From an uncultured Gammaproteobacteria bacterium (GTDB lineage: Bacteria; Pseudomonadota; Gammaproteobacteria; UBA9214), in contig CAVVHS010000009.1 of the NCBI GenBank assembly GCA_963748215.1, positions 224,001-288,000 of the forward strand: DNA of 64,000 nucleotides. The letters run 5' to 3'. Positions 57,460-64,000 of this stretch are shown here, in pieces. The notes beneath the pieces were generated by a model. The model did no database searches. It was not told the DNA's origin and was given only the letters and a program-made list of their open reading frames with translations. The translations under genes and the position numbers were made by a program. How positions within the stretch are numbered: the first letter of the stretch is position 1; each line of letters starts with the position of its first letter.

Positions 57460-59118
57460 ATGACATCAGCACAACAACAAACCAAGGGCCTCCGCATTGT
57501 CATGGCCCAGCTCGACTTCCTGGTCGGCGCCATTCCCGCCAATGCGCGCAAGATCGTGGAGGCCTGCAATGCGGCACGCGATGAGCACGCGGCCGACGTG
57601 GTGGTGTTTCCCGAGCTGGCACTGACCGGTTATCCGCCGGAAGACCTGCTGTTTCGCCAGCATTTCATGGAGCATGTGCAGGCCGAAATCGAACGCCTGT
57701 GTCGCAGGATCAGCGGCATTACGGCGATCGTCGGCTGTCCGTTGCAGGAAGGCCGGCTGCTGTACAACGCTGCGCTGGTGATCCGCGAAGGCGGCATCAT
57801 TGCGCAGTACAAAAAAGAGCTGCTGCCCAACTACAGTGTGTTCGACGAAAGGCGCTATTTCACGCCGGGCGGGCAGCCGTGTGTCGTCACGCTCGGCGGG
57901 ATACCGGTCGGCATCACCATCTGCGAGGATATCTGGCAGGCCGGCCCGGCACAGCAGGCCGCCGCGGCAGGCGCGCGACTGCTGCTCAATCTCAACGCCT
58001 CGCCGTTTCACGCCGGCAAGCGCGACGAGCGCGAGCAGGTGCTGGCGTTGCGTGCGCGCGAAAACGACCTTGCCATCGTTTACGTTAACCTGGTCGGTGG
58101 GCAGGACGAGCTGGTATTCGACGGCGGTTCGTTCGTCGTCGACCGGCAGGGTGCGGTGACGCAGCATGCGCCCGCCTGCGTCGAGGGCCTGTACCCGGTC
58201 GATATCACGGCGAGCGTGCCGGCGCAGCCGGTCGCCGCCGACTGCGCGCCGCGCCAGGTGCTGGAGGCGGCCGTTTACGACGTACTGGTACTGGGCGTGC
58301 GCGACTATATCCGCAAGAACGGTTTCGACGGGGCGGTGCTGGGCCTGTCCGGCGGTATCGATTCGGCGCTGACACTGACGCTGGCAGTGGACGCCATCGG
58401 TGCGGAGCGGGTGGAAGCGATCATGATGCCGTCACGCTACACCGCGCCGATGAGTCTCGAGGATGCGCGCGCCGAGGCCACGGCACTGGGCGTGCACTAC
58501 CGGGAAATCCCCATCGAACGGCCGTTCGAGAGTTTCCTCGAGGTGCTGGCGCCGGTGTTCGCAGGCCTGGCCGCGGATACGACGGAGGAAAATATCCAGG
58601 CGCGCTGCCGCGGCATCATCTTGATGGCGATTTCGAACAAGCAGCGCCGTATCCTGCTGACGACCGGCAACAAGAGCGAAATGTCGGTCGGTTATGCCAC
58701 GCTCTACGGCGACATGGCAGGCGGCTTCGCGCCGCTCAAGGACGTGCCGAAACTGCTGGTCTACCGGCTGGCACGCTACCGCAACACCCGGGCGGCGGTG
58801 ATCCCGCTGCGCGTGCTGGAGCGTCCGCCGTCAGCGGAACTGGCACCGGACCAGAAGGATGCGGACAGCCTGCCGCCCTACGCGATACTGGATCCGATCC
58901 TGGAACGCTATATCGAGCGCGACATGAGCGTCGAACGCATCGTGGCGGACGGGTTCGACGCCGCAGTGGTGGGACGTGTCGCCAGTATGGTCGATACGAA
59001 TGAATACAAGCGCCGCCAGGCGCCACCCGGCGTGCGCATCACCCAGCGCGCCTTCGGCCGTGACCGGCGTTACCCGATCACCAGCGGTTACCAGAACTTC
59101 CAGAACGAGGGCGACTGA
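57460..59118 (+). CDS. nadE: Glutamine-dependent NAD+ synthetase
   Basis: Nitrilase domain (FPEL..GYPPEDL, ICEDIW) plus synthetase domain (GLSGGIDS, TGNKSE, GYATLYGD). Confidence 0.98.
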   Translation: MTSAQQQTKGLRIVMAQLDFLVGAIPANARKIVEACNAARDEHAADVVVFPELALTGYPPEDLLFRQHFMEHVQAEIERLCRRISGITAIVGCPLQEGRLLYNAALVIREGGIIAQYKKELLPNYSVFDERRYFTPGGQPCVVTLGGIPVGITICEDIWQAGPAQQAAAAGARLLLNLNASPFHAGKRDEREQVLALRARENDLAIVYVNLVGGQDELVFDGGSFVVDRQGAVTQHAPACVEGLYPVDITASVPAQPVAADCAPRQVLEAAVYDVLVLGVRDYIRKNGFDGAVLGLSGGIDSALTLTLAVDAIGAERVEAIMMPSRYTAPMSLEDARAEATALGVHYREIPIERPFESFLEVLAPVFAGLAADTTEENIQARCRGIILMAISNKQRRILLTTGNKSEMSVGYATLYGDMAGGFAPLKDVPKLLVYRLARYRNTRAAVIPLRVLERPPSAELAPDQKDADSLPPYAILDPILERYIERDMSVERIVADGFDAAVVGRVASMVDTNEYKRRQAPPGVRITQRAFGRDRRYPITSGYQNFQNEGD

Positions 59119-59900
59119 TCCGCGGGGTAACCGCCGGGCGATTCCAGCAGGGCGAGGTCGGGGTGTTGCGGGTAGTTGAGACGCAGCACCTTCAGGGCGT
59201 CAGCGGCGAGATCGTCGCTGCCGAGGATGCGGTAGGCGCGCACCATATACACCAGCGCATCCGGCACGGCGGGCGTGCGCTGGAAGTTCTCGATGACGTA
59301 CTTGGCACGGTTGACCACCGCGACATAGGCCTTGCGGCGCAGGTAGTAGTCGGCCACGTGCAGCTCGTACTCGGCCATGTTGTTGCGCAGGTGGACCATG
59401 CGCTGGGCGGAATCCGTTGCGTAGATGCTGTCAGGGTAGCGCAGCACCAGCTGGTTGAAGTCGTCGTAGGCCGCGCGCATGGTGAAGGTATCGCGTTCGG
59501 TCGGGTCCTGCGGCAGGAAACGGTCAGCCAGTGACTTGCCACGGTTGTAGTTGACCAGGCCTTTCAGGTACCAGGCGTAATCCACGTTCTGGTGGCGCGG
59601 GTAGATCTTGATGAAGCGGTCGGCCGCCGTGATGGCGAGGTCGGGCTCGTCGAACTTGTAATAGGCGTAGGCGATCTCCAGCTGCGCCTGCTGGGCGTAC
59701 TTGCCGAACGGGTAGCGAGCCTCCAGGGTTTCGAAATACTTGATCGCCTGCTCGTAGTTCTTGTCCGCGAGTTCTTCCTTGGCCGCGCTGTAGAGCTGGT
59801 TGGCGGACCAGTCCTTGGTCTTGTCGATCTGTTCGGGCAACAGGGAACAGCCGCTGGAGAGCAGCAGCAGGACGGCCAGGAATAATCTCGTCAATCGCAT
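59088..59900 (-). CDS. bamD: Outer membrane assembly lipoprotein BamD (ComL)
   Basis: Lipobox LSSGC, YPFGKYAQQAQL, TPR helices; divergent from rluD. It is the C-terminal 270 aa of the 821-aa ORF call. Confidence 0.96.
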   Translation of the reverse strand: MRLTRLFLAVLLLLSSGCSLLPEQIDKTKDWSANQLYSAAKEELADKNYEQAIKYFETLEARYPFGKYAQQAQLEIAYAYYKFDEPDLAITAADRFIKIYPRHQNVDYAWYLKGLVNYNRGKSLADRFLPQDPTERDTFTMRAAYDDFNQLVLRYPDSIYATDSAQRMVHLRNNMAEYELHVADYYLRRKAYVAVVNRAKYVIENFQRTPAVPDALVYMVRAYRILGSDDLAADALKVLRLNYPQHPDLALLESPGGYPADQSPSFWKFW

Positions 59901-59981
59901 CGCTTGTGATGTGTCAAAATGTCCGGACAGGGGCGCCACGGGTGACGCCGCGCGGAAGTATAACCCAATATCGAAGACTGC

Positions 59982-60950
59982 ATGATGCCGACCGTACAGC
60001 TGCAAGTGACCATTCCGGATACCCTGCGCGGCCGCCGCCTCGACCTGGCGCTGGCCGAGCTGGTGCCGGATTACTCGCGCTCGCGCCTGCAGCAGTGGAT
60101 CCGGGCCGGGCAGGTGACACTCGACGGGCGCGTGGCGCAGGTCCGGGAAAAGGTCAGCGGCGGCGAGGTCGTGCGTATCGAGGCGGAGCTCCGCGACCAG
60201 TCCGACGATCAGCCGCAGCCCATCGAACTCGCAGTGGTGTACGCCGACGCCGACCTGCTGGTGGTCAACAAGCCGGCCGGGCTGGTGGTGCACCCGGCGG
60301 CCGGCAATCCCGCCGGCACCCTGCTGAACGCGCTGTTGCATTACGACCCGACGCTGTCGGCGCTGCCGCGCGCGGGTATCGTGCACCGGCTCGACAAGGC
60401 GACCACCGGCCTCATGGTGGTGGCGCGCAACCTCACCGCCCACAAGCGCCTGGTCGAGGCGCTGCAGGCCCGCGCCATCACCCGCGAGTACCTGACCGTG
60501 GTCAACACGGTGCTGACCGGCGGCGGCACCATCGATGCCCCCGTCGGGCGGCACCCCGTGGACCGCAAGCGCATGGCCGTGACCGCGGGTGGCAAGGAAG
60601 CGGTGACGCACTACCGGGTCGAGGAGCGTTACCGGGCGCACACGCTGGTGCGCGTCAGGCTGGAGACCGGCCGCACCCACCAGATCCGCGTGCACATGGC
60701 GCACCACCATACCCCGGTGGTCGGCGACCCGGTCTATGGCGGTCGCCTGCGCCTGCCGGCCGGTGCCGGCGCCGCCCTGCAGGCCGCACTGACCGGTTTC
60801 CGCCGCCAGGCGCTGCATGCCACGCGGCTGGAACTGCAGCATCCGTCCAGCGGTGAAACGGTGAGCTGGGAGGCGGGGGTGCCGGATGACATGGCGCGGC
60901 TTATCAAGGTGTTGCGTGAGGATGCTGAGGCGCTGCCTGATGGTGTTTGA
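59982..60950 (+). CDS. rluD: 23S rRNA pseudouridine 1911/1915/1917 synthase
   Basis: S4 domain RLD..LA, NKPAGLVVHP, HRLD, LETGRTHQIRVH, RQALHA. Confidence 0.98.
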   Translation: MMPTVQLQVTIPDTLRGRRLDLALAELVPDYSRSRLQQWIRAGQVTLDGRVAQVREKVSGGEVVRIEAELRDQSDDQPQPIELAVVYADADLLVVNKPAGLVVHPAAGNPAGTLLNALLHYDPTLSALPRAGIVHRLDKATTGLMVVARNLTAHKRLVEALQARAITREYLTVVNTVLTGGGTIDAPVGRHPVDRKRMAVTAGGKEAVTHYRVEERYRAHTLVRVRLETGRTHQIRVHMAHHHTPVVGDPVYGGRLRLPAGAGAALQAALTGFRRQALHATRLELQHPSSGETVSWEAGVPDDMARLIKVLREDAEALPDGV

Positions 60951-61035
60951 CGTACGGTCCGGTGGATAGCCAAAAGGCCTGGTGATATGACACGCCAGAT
61001 CAATAGTATGCGGTCGTCTACTGAGGTACTCCCTG

Positions 61036-61776
61036 ATGGTGCATGACTGGCTCGTTCCGGACTGGCCGGCACCGCAGACGGTACGCGCGCTGACCACCAC
61101 GCGCACCGGCGGTGTCAGCGTCACACCCTGGGCCAGTATGAACCCTGCCGACCATGTCGGTGATGCGACCACCGCCGTGGCGGCCAACCGGGCACGGTTG
61201 CGCGGCGCGCTGGGCTTGCCGTCGGAGCCGATCTGGCTGCAACAGGTGCACGGTGTCCGGGTGGTCGACGCGGCCCGGGCCGGGGAGAGGCCGAAGGCGG
61301 ATGCCGCCTGGACCGACTGTCCGGGCGTGGTGTGCGCGGTGCTGACTGCGGACTGTCTGCCGGTGGTGTTTGCCGATCGCGCGGGGCGCTGCGTGGCGGT
61401 CGCGCATGCCGGCTGGCGCGGGCTGGCGAACGGTGTGCTGGAGGCGACGGTCGGACAACTGCCGGTGCCGCCGCAGGAAGTGCTGGCATGGCTGGGTCCG
61501 GCCATTGGCCCGGCGGCGTTCGAGGTGGGTGGCGAGGTGCGCGATACCTTCATGGCGCAGGATGTACAGGCGGTGAACGCCTTTACCCCGGGCGTGGACG
61601 GGCGCTGGTTCGCCGATATCTATGCGCTCGGGCGACAACGGCTTGCGGCCTGCGGGGTAACGGCCGTCTACGGCGGCGGCTGGTGCACGTTCCACGACCG
61701 CGCGCGGTTCTATTCCTATCGCCGGGACGGCACCACCGGGCGCATGGCCACGCTGGCCTGGCTGGCGGGGCCATGA
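61036..61776 (+). CDS. pgeF: Peptidoglycan editing factor PgeF (YfiH)
   Basis: TTRTGGVS, QVHG, TADCLP, HAGWRG, SYRRD..TGR. Confidence 0.96.
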   Translation: MVHDWLVPDWPAPQTVRALTTTRTGGVSVTPWASMNPADHVGDATTAVAANRARLRGALGLPSEPIWLQQVHGVRVVDAARAGERPKADAAWTDCPGVVCAVLTADCLPVVFADRAGRCVAVAHAGWRGLANGVLEATVGQLPVPPQEVLAWLGPAIGPAAFEVGGEVRDTFMAQDVQAVNAFTPGVDGRWFADIYALGRQRLAACGVTAVYGGGWCTFHDRARFYSYRRDGTTGRMATLAWLAGP

Positions 61777-61821
61777 GCGGGTGCGTATCATGGCCGCCTC
61801 TCGAGTCCATGAGATAACCCC

Positions 61822-62607
61822 ATGACGCTGCTTGCCTGGATCGTCCTGTTCTGCCTGGTTGGCGGGGTGCTCAGCGTGCTGGCAGCCGCGGTTTTTCTGG
61901 TGCTCAGCGAGTCGCTGCGCAATCGCCTGTTGCCGCACCTGGTCAGCTTCGCCACCGGCACACTGCTGGGCGCCGCGCTGCTCGGCCTGCTGCCGCATGC
62001 GCTGGCCAGTGCCGCCGGCAGCGATACCCATACGATCCCGCTGGCGGTACTGCTGGGTCTGCTGGGTTTCTTCCTGCTGGAAAAACTGGTGCTGTGGCGG
62101 CATTGCCATGCCGATCACTGCGAGGTGCACGTGCCCGACGATCACGACCACATGCGCCGGCGCTCCACCGGCATGCTGATCCTGATCGGCGACGGCCTGC
62201 ACAACTTTCTCGACGGCATCCTCATCGCCGGCGCGTTCCTCGTCGACATCCACCTCGGCATCGTTACCAGCCTGGCGGTCGCGGCGCACGAGATACCGCA
62301 GGAGGTGGGTGACTTCGCGGTGCTGCTGCACAGCGGCTTCACGCGCGGCCGGGCCTTCCTTTACAACATCCTCTCCAGCCTGACCACGGTGGTGGGCGGT
62401 GTACTGGCCTGGTTAACGCTGCAGGAGATGGAGGCGGTGCTGCCCTACATCCTGGCCGTGGCGGCATCCAGCTTTATTTATATTGCGGTGGCCGACCTCA
62501 TTCCCACCCTGCACCGGCGCGTCGATGGTGCCGCCTCGGTCCAACAGATCATCCTGATTGCACTCGGCGTACTGCTGATCTACGCCACCCATTCCACTCT
62601 GCACTGA
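61822..62607 (+). CDS. ZIP family divalent metal transporter
   Basis: GDGLHNFLDG, HEIPQEVGDF, His-rich loop HCHADHCEVH..DHDH. Confidence 0.93.
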   Translation: MTLLAWIVLFCLVGGVLSVLAAAVFLVLSESLRNRLLPHLVSFATGTLLGAALLGLLPHALASAAGSDTHTIPLAVLLGLLGFFLLEKLVLWRHCHADHCEVHVPDDHDHMRRRSTGMLILIGDGLHNFLDGILIAGAFLVDIHLGIVTSLAVAAHEIPQEVGDFAVLLHSGFTRGRAFLYNILSSLTTVVGGVLAWLTLQEMEAVLPYILAVAASSFIYIAVADLIPTLHRRVDGAASVQQIILIALGVLLIYATHSTLH

Positions 62608-62627
62608 GCCGGCGGCCGCCTGGCGGG

Positions 62628-62656
62628 CTTGAAATCGGGCGATCACCGCCCAATCT
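62628..62656 (+). promoter_or_regulatory. Sigma32 heat-shock promoter of clpB
   Basis: CTTGAAA, 14 bp spacer, CCCAATCT (consensus CTTGAAA-N13/14-CCCCATNT). Confidence 0.75.
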
Positions 62657-62697
62657 GGGTGGTATATACCGATTATTTGCCGCGGAGGCATTGATTC

Positions 62698-64000
<1,303 letters not shown>

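Noticed and set aside
59088-61553. 821-aa ORF suggesting a giant BamD fusion
   Set aside because: Only the last 270 aa, from the signal peptide at 59900, are BamD. The rest is antisense to rluD and pgeF.

Overview
GC-rich gammaproteobacterial chromosome segment (inferred from gene order), mostly core genes. In order: a DUF62 SAM hydrolase; uvrA, a yajR-like MFS transporter and ssb; a complete dcw cluster (mraZ to ftsZ, lpxC); dciA, an M23 peptidase, secA, argJ; the minus-strand type IV pilus block pilS-pilR-pilA ... pilB-pilC-pilD-coaE-zapD-yacG; then sucCD, nadE, bamD, rluD, pgeF, a ZIP transporter and a partial clpB. Two features stand out. (1) A ~14 kb mosaic glycosylation island lies between pilA and pilB. 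It encodes a TMTC/TfpW-like membrane glycosyltransferase coupled to a DPM1-like GT2, plus a Wzx flippase, sulfotransferase, cupin, perosamine-type aminotransferase, methyltransferases, several GTs and two gene remnants. (2) A ~510 bp non-coding element between sucD and nadE consists of two inverted, homologous ~250 nt units with conserved linkers and covarying stems. At least seven small indels (aminotransferase, GT-C gene, pilA, clpB) are probably assembly errors. No rRNA, tRNA, CRISPR array, transposase or integrase was recognised. All calls come from reading the sequence by eye; no searches were run.
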